Origin: an uncultured Candidatus Saccharibacteria bacterium
GTDB taxonomy: Bacteria > Patescibacteriota > Minisyncoccia > Phycocordibacterales > DATDWN01
Length of the DNA: 64,000 nucleotides
Assembly: GCA_964616425.1 (NCBI GenBank)
Contig: CAZTQY010000001.1
Coordinates: 23,008-87,007, forward strand
Direction: 5' to 3'
Of the stretch, positions 37,341-47,531 are shown in pieces; the stretch's first letter is position 1; each line of letters begins with the position of its first letter. The notes beneath the pieces were generated by a model. That model saw nothing but the letters and a program-made list of their open reading frames with translations, was not told the origin of the DNA and ran no database searches. The position numbers and the translations under genes were made by a program.

Positions 37341-37709
37341 TCAAACTTTCTTTCTCCACCCTTTAGCATGATGCTTATTGTTTGCATTTTTATCTACATT
37401 ATTTAATACGATTCCATGTTCTTGCAATATCTGTTTCATAGTTTTTCCAGATTTTAGTTCTTGCTTGACCTGTTCTTTATCAAGGCCTAGACCACTTGCA
37501 ATAACCCCCGCCCTACCAACTGAATTCCACTTATGCGTAAAGTGCATTCCATTGGCTGAAGCATTTTGTGTATATGCCGGTATAGATAAATCTGAAGTTT
37601 CAGCAAATGCAGTATTCCCAGAACCCATAAGTATCATACCTGCAACAATTCCCGAACTCGCTCCTGCTATAATCGCTTTTTTAACTCTTTTGTATCTTTT
37701 ATCTTTCAT
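37341..37709 (-). CDS. Hypothetical small secreted protein
   Basis: N-terminal signal-like hydrophobic segment AIIAGASSGIVAGMILMGSGNTAFA. No recognised domain. Confidence 0.4.
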   Translation of the reverse strand: MKDKRYKRVKKAIIAGASSGIVAGMILMGSGNTAFAETSDLSIPAYTQNASANGMHFTHKWNSVGRAGVIASGLGLDKEQVKQELKSGKTMKQILQEHGIVLNNVDKNANNKHHAKGWRKKV

Positions 37710-37790
37710 ATTTTTAATTATTGTTATATCAGTTGATACAAAGAAGATTTTATTTTATTTCAAAAAAATACAAACGCGACAACTACACTG

Positions 37791-38522
37791 TTATTCTGTC
37801 AACTTACTTACTCCGTACGCTTTTATTCCTTCTTTTACCCTATCTCCAGCTATAAAAACACGATCTCCTGGTCGCAATACCAAAGTAAAGACATCTGAAT
37901 TGTTTGGCATAAATACTTCGACAGTAACGTCATCAGAATCAGCATCAAAATCATTGTGTTTCATATAGAAAGTACTCGTACTCTCTATAGATACAACTTC
38001 GCCACGGAAAATACCTTGATTTCCATGTGACATTCTCAGGCCAGAGTAAAACCCACCAGCCAAAGGTAGATTTTTACTTTCCGCTCTGTTCATTAGTAAC
38101 CTGTGAAATGAAGTGTAATTTATAAGAGTCGCTAGGGCTGTAATAGAAACCATAGTCACTATAAGCAAAAACAATATAGAACTGTTATAACCAAACCTAA
38201 AACTCTTTAGTAACCAATCAATAAATGCAATAAGACAAATATCGATAAGCAAAATAAGCCAAGGCAAGGCCAAAAAGAAATGATACATACCTCTGGGGCC
38301 AAATGCCAAAAGACTGAACTGCCCTCCAACTTTTATACTGTACAAAACATAACTAACTATTACAGAGGACAAAATAAAAGTAATGAAAATAGTCAGAGCA
38401 AGAGCAACTAGCTTAAGCATAAAATAATATTTTGGGCGCATGTTTACTTCCCCAGATCTTATTTTTGAAAGTATCTGGTCTTTGATGTCTATGCTATTTT
38501 TTTGTATATTTTCTTGATTCAT
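37791..38522 (-). CDS. Membrane protein, putative anti-sigma factor; overlaps the ECF sigma gene by 4 nt
   Basis: Three to four TM helices plus a C-terminal soluble domain. Translationally coupled position downstream of the ECF sigma factor. Confidence 0.35.
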   Translation of the reverse strand: MNQENIQKNSIDIKDQILSKIRSGEVNMRPKYYFMLKLVALALTIFITFILSSVIVSYVLYSIKVGGQFSLLAFGPRGMYHFFLALPWLILLIDICLIAFIDWLLKSFRFGYNSSILFLLIVTMVSITALATLINYTSFHRLLMNRAESKNLPLAGGFYSGLRMSHGNQGIFRGEVVSIESTSTFYMKHNDFDADSDDVTVEVFMPNNSDVFTLVLRPGDRVFIAGDRVKEGIKAYGVSKLTE

Positions 38523-39115
38523 ATTTTTGGTATCTCTATGTTTGATTTCTCTATGGCTTCTTTCAAAATGTCCTTTGCTCTCATTATTCTTACTCCCACC
38601 GTACCTATAGGTATGTGGAGTATCTCAGCTATCTCTTTGTAACTTAACTCTTCGATATAAAACAGCACGAGTATTTCTCGATACTTTGGTTCAATCAGTG
38701 AAAGTCCTTTGTCTATAATCTCCTTCATCTCTTTTTGCTCTTTTTCCCGAACAACTGGATCATCTACAACTGTGTATGAAAGAAGTGTGTCAAAATCAAA
38801 CAGATACTTTGGCCCAATAGAACTTTTCTTTATAGCATTTATATAGGTGTTGTGGGCAATACGATAAATCCACGGAGAAAATCTCTGTGTAGTATCAAAG
38901 CTATTTATATTCTTGAATGTTTTAATAAAAACATCTTGAACAGAGTCCTCTATGTTATCGCTATCAGAAAGAAACTTTCTTCCATAGCGAAAAATCTTTG
39001 CTTGATATCGCTCCATAAGTACACCGAATTTATCTATATCTCCGTCTTGAACTAACCTTGCCAGTTGTTCATCAGAGAGAGCCGTTATATCAGTATCCAT
39101 TTGTATACTATACAC
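38519..39115 (-). CDS. ECF-type RNA polymerase sigma-70 family factor
   Basis: Region 2 (DSVQDVFIKTFKNINSFDTTQRFSPWIYRIAHNTYINAIKK) and region 4 HTH (LSYKEIAEILHIPIGTVGVRIMRAKDIL). Confidence 0.85.
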   Translation of the reverse strand: MYSIQMDTDITALSDEQLARLVQDGDIDKFGVLMERYQAKIFRYGRKFLSDSDNIEDSVQDVFIKTFKNINSFDTTQRFSPWIYRIAHNTYINAIKKSSIGPKYLFDFDTLLSYTVVDDPVVREKEQKEMKEIIDKGLSLIEPKYREILVLFYIEELSYKEIAEILHIPIGTVGVRIMRAKDILKEAIEKSNIEIPKI

Positions 39116-39158
39116 CTAATACAGCCAAAAGTGAGAAAAAATTACATTAAAAGGTTCT

Positions 39159-39608
39159 CTACTTAGTGATATGAAATGATAGCTTATAGTCCCTTGTTTC
39201 AATCTGTTTTTTACTAGTATTAACTGGTTTAACATCTGTCATTGATATTTTATATATTCCAAAGACTATAGGTTTTGAATCAGAAGAAATTTCCTTTGCT
39301 TCACTTGTTTTTCCAGCAGAAAAATTCACCTGTGCACGCACTCTGCCAGCCTGAATACAGACTACATCAACTGGACATCTAGAATCTTCTAAAATTTTAT
39401 TTAAGACCAAATTAAAATCTCCAACATTTTTACTTTCACCGACTTTCAAAGTTAGATCTAAAGGAAAAGAAATACTAACGGACGTCGTTGTATTTTTAAC
39501 TCTTTCAAACTTAGAGCCTAAACAAAAAGCCAGCCAAAAAGTGCCGACAAAAACTACAATCGCGAGTAATTTTGAATACCATGTAACTCTGTTCCATTCT
39601 ATGCTCAT
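39159..39608 (-). CDS. Hypothetical membrane-anchored protein
   Basis: N-terminal TM (LLAIVVFVGTFWLAFCLG). No recognised domain. Confidence 0.4.
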   Translation of the reverse strand: MSIEWNRVTWYSKLLAIVVFVGTFWLAFCLGSKFERVKNTTTSVSISFPLDLTLKVGESKNVGDFNLVLNKILEDSRCPVDVVCIQAGRVRAQVNFSAGKTSEAKEISSDSKPIVFGIYKISMTDVKPVNTSKKQIETRDYKLSFHITK

Positions 39609-39730
39609 ATACTGAAATTATATGATAAATAAAAGTCTAATCCAACGCATAATAGATAAATGTGGATAAGTCAGTTTTCTTAGGTATTGACGTATTTTAA
39701 AAATACTTTATAATTTATACAGGAGGGTCA

Positions 39731-39976
39731 ATGAACGCTAATGGGTACCACCAACACGGAGAACTCCTCTTCCGTATGGCAAGAGGAAAGCCCGTAGAGG
39801 TCAAGGCCGGTGATTCGATCATCATGATCGACCAAACCGTCATGAAAGACGGTGTAGTCGTAAAGGTGACCGCAATTCACCTACCCTGTGCCGAACGTGG
39901 ACTGCACGTTCTGGACCTCTTCGTTCCAAGGAGACGCATGGTGGTGAGAGCCACCATACACGAGGTCAGTCACTAG
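39731..39976 (+). CDS. Hypothetical protein encoded by a GC-rich mini-islet
   Basis: Strong SD caggagggtca before the ATG. GC content far above the neighbours. Followed by its own terminator. Confidence 0.5.
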   Translation: MNANGYHQHGELLFRMARGKPVEVKAGDSIIMIDQTVMKDGVVVKVTAIHLPCAERGLHVLDLFVPRRRMVVRATIHEVSH

Positions 39977-39994
39977 GATGACCCCGAAAAACTG

Positions 39995-40030
39995 AAGGAG
40001 GCCCAAAACACCGTGGCCTCCTTTTCTTAT
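39995..40030. terminator. Bidirectional rho-independent terminator
   Basis: ggaggcc-caaaacaccgt-ggcctcc hairpin followed by a T-run. Sits between convergent genes. Confidence 0.7.
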
Positions 40031-41316
40031 TTAAGTGGTGGAACTCCAGCTCGTATTTTTAATGCATCAATAAGAGAAGTTGAATTAAACTCTGAACTTA
40101 GTTGAGTCTTCCAATCCTTATCTGTTGTTTTTACATTTGGATCAACACCCAAACCTTCTATCGACTGGTTATCGTCTCGCAAAGTTATACTATTTACCAA
40201 AAGCAAAGTGTACTTAACACTTGGATCAATAACAGTTTCTATAGGATAAGTGTTTTCAACAGTTCCCCATCCACGAGTGTTTGTTCCAACAGTCTTTGCC
40301 AAATGAAGTCTTTTAAATGTTGCCGCTGTTAGTTCTGCGGTTGACTGTGTCATATTATCAGTAAGTATTGCGATTTCTTTGTATCTGTCTAAAAGCGAAT
40401 ACTTTGGCTGAACGGTTCTCTGAACTTGGTAATCTCCCTGATGGAAAAGGTCAAAGGCGTACTGATTTGGGCCAACAAAAATTCCAAGAAAATTTTGAAG
40501 AAAATCTAGAGAACCTCCAACATTTCCACGAAAATCAATTATCATACTATTTAGTTTTGGTGTGGTTGAAGCTCCATCAATTGCATACGCAAACTCACCA
40601 AAAGTTGTCGGCGATATTTTACTAACATACAAATACAGAGTGTTACCTATTTTGTGGGTAAAAATCGTTGGTTCAATGCCTGCTTGATCATAAAGAGTTT
40701 TACTTTGTGGGTTGGTTAAAACATTTTTTGTATAGGCCAGCTGTTCTCTTTCAGCCTTTGCTTCGGGTGAAGTAGAAGCCTTTAACTCTGTGTCTTTTTT
40801 GTCATAAGCCTTTACTACATCCTCTGACGAAGCCCCCTTTTCTAGACCAAGATTTTGATAAAGATTTTTTGTTGTATCGATGTTTGCAACATTTTGTCTG
40901 AGTGCAGTTTCCTGTTGCGTTGAGAGCATCCCGTTTCTACCGACTGGCTGTAGATTATACAAAGTTACTATTGCGGTGTTCAGAGCGATATTTCTTTTAG
41001 CTTCTGTTGATGTAGCCTCATTTATTGCTACTGAAAGCATTTGTGCCACCCCTTCACGTGTAGTTGTAGAGAGAACAAATGTTTTGCCGACTGTTTTTTC
41101 CAAAGCTAATTTATAAAAATTATTCAGATCATACTGTGTATGTGGAGCCCAGTAGTTCAAAAGTATAGAATCATAAACTTCCATATCAAAACGAACAAAA
41201 TCATCTGACTCATATACAGTTTTGTACAAAACACTTTCTGTATTTTTATGATTCTTATAATAAAAACCAAAACTTAACAAACCAACAATAAAAATAATAG
41301 ATAAAAGTTTTTTCAT
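40027..41316 (-). CDS. S41-family C-terminal processing peptidase-like protein
   Basis: N-terminal TM. C-terminal IAILTDNMTQSTAELTAATFKRLHLAKTVGTNTRGWG resembles the S41 Ser/Lys-dyad region. Confidence 0.5.
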   Translation of the reverse strand: MKKLLSIIFIVGLLSFGFYYKNHKNTESVLYKTVYESDDFVRFDMEVYDSILLNYWAPHTQYDLNNFYKLALEKTVGKTFVLSTTTREGVAQMLSVAINEATSTEAKRNIALNTAIVTLYNLQPVGRNGMLSTQQETALRQNVANIDTTKNLYQNLGLEKGASSEDVVKAYDKKDTELKASTSPEAKAEREQLAYTKNVLTNPQSKTLYDQAGIEPTIFTHKIGNTLYLYVSKISPTTFGEFAYAIDGASTTPKLNSMIIDFRGNVGGSLDFLQNFLGIFVGPNQYAFDLFHQGDYQVQRTVQPKYSLLDRYKEIAILTDNMTQSTAELTAATFKRLHLAKTVGTNTRGWGTVENTYPIETVIDPSVKYTLLLVNSITLRDDNQSIEGLGVDPNVKTTDKDWKTQLSSEFNSTSLIDALKIRAGVPPLK

Positions 41317-41458
41317 CTTATATTTTCATCCAATATTTAAAATATAAATAAATCAAAACAAGGAGCACTAATAAAATACTAAACAAAACAATATAATATT
41401 TTGAATGATGGCGAATAGACATATAACTATTATAAATGTTTTGATGCTGTTTGCAAAA

Positions 41459-41487
41459 AGACCACCTGTTAGAGTGGTCTTTTTTTC
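41459..41487 (-). terminator. Rho-independent terminator of the 41505-41891 gene
   Basis: agaccac-ctgttaga-gtggtct hairpin with a T-run on the minus-strand transcript. Confidence 0.6.
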
Positions 41488-41504
41488 TGTCATGAAGCAG
41501 AGAA

Positions 41505-41891
41505 TCAAGCGTTGATCAGACGTTGGCGCTGGAAAGCGAACTCCTCCATCAGTCGCACGAGCGACCTCTTGAAAGAATTGCCTTTGCTTGCTTTGGTGAC
41601 AAACCCGTTGAACGGGTGCTTGGGCTGTTCCTTCATGGTGAACATGCCAAAGCTCAACACGACGAGCTTGCTGTTGATGGATTTCATCTTGTCCGCGAAC
41701 TTGCGATCAGACTCAGATGTTCCAACGACCAGCAATTGAAGAGTGTTCTCCGTAGTCACTCTGCAAGCCTCCTCCTCATTGCTCGTCACGATGTAGTCTT
41801 CGCTCGACACCACGTCTGAGTGAGAAAGATCCTCCTTCAACCTCTCGACCAGTTCTTCTGAAAGCTGGTAAATAACAATCGCTGGCGACAT
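41505..41891 (-). CDS. Hypothetical protein encoded by a GC-rich mini-islet
   Basis: SD aaaggaggtggtc immediately before ATG(MSPAIVIY). The longer track start at 41921 lacks an RBS. GC-rich. Confidence 0.5.
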   Translation of the reverse strand: MSPAIVIYQLSEELVERLKEDLSHSDVVSSEDYIVTSNEEEACRVTTENTLQLLVVGTSESDRKFADKMKSINSKLVVLSFGMFTMKEQPKHPFNGFVTKASKGNSFKRSLVRLMEEFAFQRQRLINA

Positions 41892-41948
41892 GACCACCTC
41901 CTTTGAAAAAATACCACACACATCATGAAGGCCTAATTAATTCTAACT

Positions 41949-42422
41949 TTATCCTTTCTGAAAAATCTCGAAATCATTCAAATCTTCGTTTGGACCAGCT
42001 GGGATTAAGTTCAATTTTGCTGGCTTACCATTCCAAGTTGCTTTTATAATCGCCCCTTCTGATGCTTTAAAATCAATTTTGAATCTTTCTGTTGTTAGAA
42101 CCTGAGCACACATTTCACCTTGAGTAGTTGCAGTAAACTCAAGTGTAACTTGTTCAGGCAAAGACTCTGAAACAACCGCCCTTGTGTCCAAAGCATAACA
42201 AGGAGTTGGCAGGTTTACTTCCCCTGCGACAATATGACTACCGCTTTTAAATTGATGTTTTGCTGTTATATCTGGAATATTTTCAGTCTCCTCACCCTTT
42301 ACCTCTGGAACTGGTTCAGATGAATTATGAAATTTTACCCAACCCCAAGTACCAGCTACCACGAGAAAGAGGACAATAATAATACCCCATATAACACCCT
42401 TGTTCATTCCTTCATTTTCCAT
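41949..42422 (-). CDS. Hypothetical secreted/membrane-anchored protein
   Basis: N-terminal TM VIWGIIIVLFLVVAGTWGW. Confidence 0.4.
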   Translation of the reverse strand: MENEGMNKGVIWGIIIVLFLVVAGTWGWVKFHNSSEPVPEVKGEETENIPDITAKHQFKSGSHIVAGEVNLPTPCYALDTRAVVSESLPEQVTLEFTATTQGEMCAQVLTTERFKIDFKASEGAIIKATWNGKPAKLNLIPAGPNEDLNDFEIFQKG

Positions 42423-42486
42423 ATGTTTTTTGTTAGTTAGTAATCTGCACTATATTATACCCTGAAACACGTAAATAAATTACAAT

Positions 42487-43314
42487 CTACAAATTAACCT
42501 TTTCTACCTTTATATCTTTACCAAAAAATTTACTGCCCAGTTTTTGGAATTTATCTGAATGGTCTGTTGTACAAAACCTAATTTTTTTACCCTTTGATAT
42601 TTTGTTTTCAATCTCAGAGTGTCTATTTAAATAATCCAAAAGCTTATTTGGGACAACCCTGGCCTCAGATATTATTTTTACATCTTTTCCAACTATCTTT
42701 TTAATTTTATTTTCCAAAATACCATAATGAGTGCACCCCAAAACCAAAGTATCTACTTTTTTGTCTACAAGTGGCTTCAGATACTGCTCTAAAATATTTT
42801 TTGTGGACAATTTATTTACTTCACCCAACTCAACTATAGGTACAAGTAACGGACAGGCTTTTTGAAAAACTTTTATTTTAGAATCAACTTTCCTAAACTC
42901 ATCTAGAAATGCCTTCGACTCAACACTCGCTTCAGTTGCGATAACTCCAACTCTTTTATTTTTTGTCTTTATACCAGCGTCTTCAACAGCTGGAATCAAA
43001 ACACCCAAAACTCTTTTGTTTGGGTATTTCTTTGGAAGATATTTTTGCTGAATAATACGCAAAGCTTCACTAGAAGCAGTGTTGCAAGCAAATATAATAA
43101 TTTCACAGCCTTCTTTGAACAAAAAATCCACCGCCTGTTTTGAGAACTTAAGTATTACTTCTTGAGACCTATTTCCATATGGAGCGCGTGCGCTGTCACC
43201 CAAATACACATAATCGTAATCTGGTAATTTTTTAACTATTCCCTTCAAAATATCTAAACCACCAAAACCAGAATCAAAAACACCAATAGATTTAGACTTC
43301 TGACTACCGGCCAT
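42487..43314 (-). CDS. murI: Glutamate racemase
   Basis: IGVFDSGFGGL, ACNTAS and LVLGCTHY are MurI catalytic-cysteine motifs. Confidence 0.9.
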   Translation of the reverse strand: MAGSQKSKSIGVFDSGFGGLDILKGIVKKLPDYDYVYLGDSARAPYGNRSQEVILKFSKQAVDFLFKEGCEIIIFACNTASSEALRIIQQKYLPKKYPNKRVLGVLIPAVEDAGIKTKNKRVGVIATEASVESKAFLDEFRKVDSKIKVFQKACPLLVPIVELGEVNKLSTKNILEQYLKPLVDKKVDTLVLGCTHYGILENKIKKIVGKDVKIISEARVVPNKLLDYLNRHSEIENKISKGKKIRFCTTDHSDKFQKLGSKFFGKDIKVEKVNL

Positions 43315-43315
43315 A

Positions 43316-43867
43316 CTAATACTCGATGTTTATAGGAAAAGATATTGAAGCATCTTTTTCAGACATACCAGATGGGTTGTCTTTCTCAAAGACTAAAGTA
43401 GCTGGACCAATATATGAATCTGGAACTTTCAGATCTATTTTGAAATTAACAAAATCAGTTGTCATCCAATCACTCTGTGCTTGTGCTGGACCCTGAGCCA
43501 AGACATTGCCGTCTTTATCTAAAACTTTAACAGGAAATGATGCTTCAAAATACCAAGTACCTCTAGCTTTGCCAGTTACAGAAAAATCTTTACCCGTAAC
43601 TGCTCCTGGGAACGGCAACTCTGGAACTATATCGTTTGTTGTTGCATTATTGTATGTGATTTTCTCTGGTATCTCCTCTGCAAACAACCTTCCGTCTGGA
43701 GTTCGACACTGTCTAGGATAACTCTCCATAACTGGATAATACTTTCCGCAATCCTCAAAAGATTTGATTTGAGACAAATCCACTTTTTTGGATCGACTAA
43801 AACTCAACCAACCAATAGCAATAACAACGATTAATATAAATATATACAGGAAATTTTTGTTTTTCAT
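43316..43867 (-). CDS. Hypothetical secreted protein
   Basis: N-terminal TM/signal. Confidence 0.4.
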   Translation of the reverse strand: MKNKNFLYIFILIVVIAIGWLSFSRSKKVDLSQIKSFEDCGKYYPVMESYPRQCRTPDGRLFAEEIPEKITYNNATTNDIVPELPFPGAVTGKDFSVTGKARGTWYFEASFPVKVLDKDGNVLAQGPAQAQSDWMTTDFVNFKIDLKVPDSYIGPATLVFEKDNPSGMSEKDASISFPINIEY

Positions 43868-43906
43868 ATTTAGTCGTATTATACCATCGAAACTAGCTAG
43901 TCAAAA

Positions 43907-44686
43907 CTATCTACCACCATACCCTCGACCTCCCCTCATCGCACCATTTCCATACATCATCCCACCAGTTTCTGTATCAGAGAGTATTATCTGGTTATAA
44001 TCTTGTTTCGAAATATATTTTGGTTCATATACAACACCTAGAGAACTTAACTGTGATGCAAATGCTCGCAAATGGTTTCTCGAACCACGATTTAAATTCT
44101 CATAAACCATTTTAATATCTTGGTTATCAGTTTTTGCAACATATTTATCCAAGTCGCTGATATCAAGATCTTCTATAGTTGCACCGACAGTCAGTGCATC
44201 CTCTCTAGATGTCAGGCCTTTGTTCACTAAACTCGTATACAAATTTTTCAAATCTGAATTTACAAATACTCCAACAGTATCATCAACGACTGGATCAGTA
44301 ATGTTGTATTTTACCAACAAAGCTTTTACTGCATCTGTGTGAGTCTGCTCACTTTGAGAAATATTTGAGAAAATTTGCATTCCCCACTTTTTATACAAAG
44401 TTGTGTACACATCACGAGCAAGTTTTTCTTCCTCACGCATATACAGCAAACCCACTTTTTCATCTGCGGATATTTCCTGGTTAGGTAGATTTGTAATCTC
44501 TGAATTCATAGTCAGATAACCTACAGAATTCACCTTATTACCAGACCAAGTATTTTTAATAAACCTTGACTCTGCACCGTCATAAAACGACAAACCAACA
44601 ACAGCAACCACCAACAAAACACCCAAAACTATCAGTGTAGTTTTCATATAGTTAATTATTAGCTTATACACCATTAGTACACCCAC
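43907..44686 (-). CDS. DUF2202-like ferritin-superfamily protein with N-terminal TM and C-terminal Gly-rich tail
   Basis: Paired EEEKLARDVY...E..H helices typical of DUF2202/ferritin-like proteins. GGMMYGNGAMRGGRGYGGR tail. Confidence 0.45.
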   Translation of the reverse strand: MGVLMVYKLIINYMKTTLIVLGVLLVVAVVGLSFYDGAESRFIKNTWSGNKVNSVGYLTMNSEITNLPNQEISADEKVGLLYMREEEKLARDVYTTLYKKWGMQIFSNISQSEQTHTDAVKALLVKYNITDPVVDDTVGVFVNSDLKNLYTSLVNKGLTSREDALTVGATIEDLDISDLDKYVAKTDNQDIKMVYENLNRGSRNHLRAFASQLSSLGVVYEPKYISKQDYNQIILSDTETGGMMYGNGAMRGGRGYGGR

Positions 44687-44783
44687 AAAAGTGGTTTTAT
44701 AACATACAGAGAAAACTATAGATATCTGATATTTGTCAGATAAAAAATTCGCTCCACCCCGCCAATGTTCAAATATTTAACTA

Positions 44784-46535
44784 TTATCCAAAAGTAAATG
44801 TAAATGCTTGTAATCCAGCTTTTGGTATTACGATTCGGAGTGTGTGTTTTCCATAATCAGAACCTTGGATAAGTGGGTAAAGCGTCTCATCTTTAATCAA
44901 GATTTTTTTAATAAATACATCATCTTTATATATTTCAACTTCAACCCCTTCTACTGATCCTGCCGCAATATATACATTCTTTGCTTCATATTTAAAAACA
45001 ATACTTCCAGCACTTTTGTTTTCAGCATACTCTGGTGTCATATTCCATGTTCCTCCAAGATAAAGTCCATTAAAAGTAACGGAAGAAGGAACAGATAAAT
45101 TTTGTTCGCCTGACCGAAGGGCATTACCATTTGCGAGATATTGGTTTCTAGATGATCCAAAATACACCTCAGGGCTTTTAACTTTAGTCGAATCGACTGG
45201 GATAACATCCAAAGGATTTGTAATCGTCGTCGAAACCTTGTCCTCCATACCCATGCGGGAAGCGCGTTCTTTAAGAGCCTCTTGGATTGCCTTTTCAGTC
45301 TCCTCATAATTTCCTTCACCAATATGGTCATAGACAATATATCCATCTATATCTATTAGATATTTACGTGGCCAATACTGGTTACCAAGTTCACTCCATG
45401 TTGAATAATCATTGTCCAAAACAACTGGGTATTTGATACCAAATTTTTCTACAGCCTTCTCAACATTTGATTGAATTTTTTCAAATGCAAATTCTGGTGT
45501 ATGAAGACCAACCACCACAAGCCCTTGATCTTTGTATTTCTCATACCATTTATTTATATACGGCAAAGTTCGCTGGCAGTTAATACAGCTATATGTCCAG
45601 ATATCTAGTAGCACCACCTTACCTTTTAACTCTGCTAACGTAATCGGTTTACCTTCTGTGTTTACATAACCGTCGATGGAACTCAATTCTGGAACCTTTT
45701 TGTATTTTAATCTTTTCTGCTCAACTGTTAGATACAAATCGGAATCTGTATTCATAGAACTTTCTTTTGCTACTTCCTTTGTTGATTTATTGTTTGAACT
45801 ATCACTCTTTTGCAAAAGGCTTTGTTCGATTTTTGTTACATCAAACAGCCCGGCATCAAGAAGAAATATTTGAGTTTTTTTGTCGAACCCTCCTATGATA
45901 GCAATACCAACAATCAAAAAGACGACGCCGAGTGTTTTTTTGAACCATCCATTCGGATCTGCTACAACTCCAAGCTTATTCATTATCTTTTGTCCAACAA
46001 CAGAAATAATCAGAAGAGAAAGACAAAGGCCAACAGTGTATGCAAGTAAATAAGTCAAACCGAGAAATAAATTACTTGGTAGAACTGTCGCCAAAACAAT
46101 AAAGTAAGTTGGACTACAAGTAGAAAAAACCGGCCCAAGTGAAGCCCCCACAATGACATCACCGAGAAAACTCTTTTTTTGATCACCTCTACCTAAAAGA
46201 ATATTTGATTTTGCACTAAGCTGTGCAGTAAATTGGTTTTCCCATATGGATGGGAAAATAGTAATCAGTCCAAGAAACAATACAATACCTCCAGAAATCC
46301 ACTTCCATACGTATTCTGGAATATCAATAAAGAGTGTGCTCGCTTTTAGCAACAGGGTAAAAACAATAACCGATACTCCCAGAGATAGAATGACAGTAAA
46401 AGCTTTCTTCTTATTGAATACTGAAACACCTCCATCAAATAACGTACCCCCCACTATTACTGGCAAAAGTGGCAGAATACAAGGAGCAAGTACAGTCAAA
46501 ACTCCAGCGATAAATGAAATAAAAAGTAATAACAT
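44784..46535 (-). CDS. Cytochrome c-type biogenesis CcdA/DsbD-like transmembrane domain fused to a thioredoxin-like (TlpA/redoxin) domain
   Basis: VLAPCILPLLP (CcdA-like), then WTYSCINCQRTLPYINKWYEKYKDQGLVVVGLHTPEF (CxxC redoxin). Confidence 0.7.
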   Translation of the reverse strand: MLLLFISFIAGVLTVLAPCILPLLPVIVGGTLFDGGVSVFNKKKAFTVILSLGVSVIVFTLLLKASTLFIDIPEYVWKWISGGIVLFLGLITIFPSIWENQFTAQLSAKSNILLGRGDQKKSFLGDVIVGASLGPVFSTCSPTYFIVLATVLPSNLFLGLTYLLAYTVGLCLSLLIISVVGQKIMNKLGVVADPNGWFKKTLGVVFLIVGIAIIGGFDKKTQIFLLDAGLFDVTKIEQSLLQKSDSSNNKSTKEVAKESSMNTDSDLYLTVEQKRLKYKKVPELSSIDGYVNTEGKPITLAELKGKVVLLDIWTYSCINCQRTLPYINKWYEKYKDQGLVVVGLHTPEFAFEKIQSNVEKAVEKFGIKYPVVLDNDYSTWSELGNQYWPRKYLIDIDGYIVYDHIGEGNYEETEKAIQEALKERASRMGMEDKVSTTITNPLDVIPVDSTKVKSPEVYFGSSRNQYLANGNALRSGEQNLSVPSSVTFNGLYLGGTWNMTPEYAENKSAGSIVFKYEAKNVYIAAGSVEGVEVEIYKDDVFIKKILIKDETLYPLIQGSDYGKHTLRIVIPKAGLQAFTFTFG

Positions 46536-46536
46536 G

Positions 46537-47061
46537 TTATTTAATTTCTGCTACAAGCGAAGCGAGAGTAGGGCTACCACTCCATTTTTTAATAAGGTTT
46601 CCATTCTTATCAACTTGTACAAAAGTATGCTGGTATGTAACACCATATTTCTGTTTTAATGCAGTTGAGTTGTCATAATTTACATCAAGGATTGTTACAT
46701 CAGATGGCATTTTACCCAAGTTTGCTTTAATATCAGCATCTACAACTCGACAGGTTGGACACCAACTTGCTCTAAAGAAAAGAACAACGTTGTGTTCGGC
46801 ATTTGCCATCGCTATCTTTTCTGGAGAATATGCCTCGTATGATCCAGCTTTCATCATTGAATCATCTGTGCTTGTCATGCTTGTATCGTCTTGTTTCATC
46901 ATGGCTTTTTCTTCTGTGTTTTTTGTAGATTCCATAGAATCTTTGCCTACCGACTCTTTCAGCATCATTGCCTGATCACCTTTTTTATTTGAAAAGTATA
47001 CTCCTCCAACAATAACCAAAATAACTGCAAACCCTATTATAATTCCTGTACTTTTATTCAT
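46537..47061 (-). CDS. Membrane-anchored thioredoxin-like protein
   Basis: WCPTC active site, thioredoxin fold. Confidence 0.75.
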   Translation of the reverse strand: MNKSTGIIIGFAVILVIVGGVYFSNKKGDQAMMLKESVGKDSMESTKNTEEKAMMKQDDTSMTSTDDSMMKAGSYEAYSPEKIAMANAEHNVVLFFRASWCPTCRVVDADIKANLGKMPSDVTILDVNYDNSTALKQKYGVTYQHTFVQVDKNGNLIKKWSGSPTLASLVAEIK

Positions 47062-47116
47062 AAATATTATTAGTATTAATTTTTAATATGTATTAAGTAT
47101 ATAAAATGTGAAATAC

Positions 47117-47150
47117 CATGTAAAGTAGACTTTACATGGTATACGTGGAT
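47117..47150 (-). terminator. Terminator hairpin downstream of the 47169-47531 gene
   Basis: accatgtaaag-tagac-tttacatggt, followed by a T-rich tract on the minus strand. Confidence 0.5.
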
Positions 47151-47168
47151 AAATATTAGCTTTAACTG

Positions 47169-47531
47169 CTACAGATTCCTATCACTCCAGATGCGTGTAG
47201 CGATTTTTGCTATCACCATCACAATAAGTGTTATAACAAGCCACTCATCAACACTATGAGTATATCCCTGAACAATAATCCCAAGTATCAATGAAGCAGA
47301 CCCAGCAAGAAAAGCGTTTCTTCCAGCTAGCACCTTGTGTTGATCGTCTCGTTCATCTATAGACTTTTCTCTGAGAATAAAACTAGCAAATATACCGAAC
47401 AGAACCAGTATACAAGCGAGCATACTCACCATCATCATGTTCGGCATCCAGAAATGAAATGGATTTAAAAGTAACACGGCAATAGCAATGAGCCCAAAGG
47501 TTACGACTGTTTCTTTAATATTATTTTTCAT
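47169..47531 (-). CDS. Small membrane protein; downstream partner of the XRE regulator (DUF2975-like arrangement)
   Basis: Three to four TM helices. Overlaps the XRE gene. Confidence 0.4.
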   Translation of the reverse strand: MKNNIKETVVTFGLIAIAVLLLNPFHFWMPNMMMVSMLACILVLFGIFASFILREKSIDERDDQHKVLAGRNAFLAGSASLILGIIVQGYTHSVDEWLVITLIVMVIAKIATRIWSDRNL

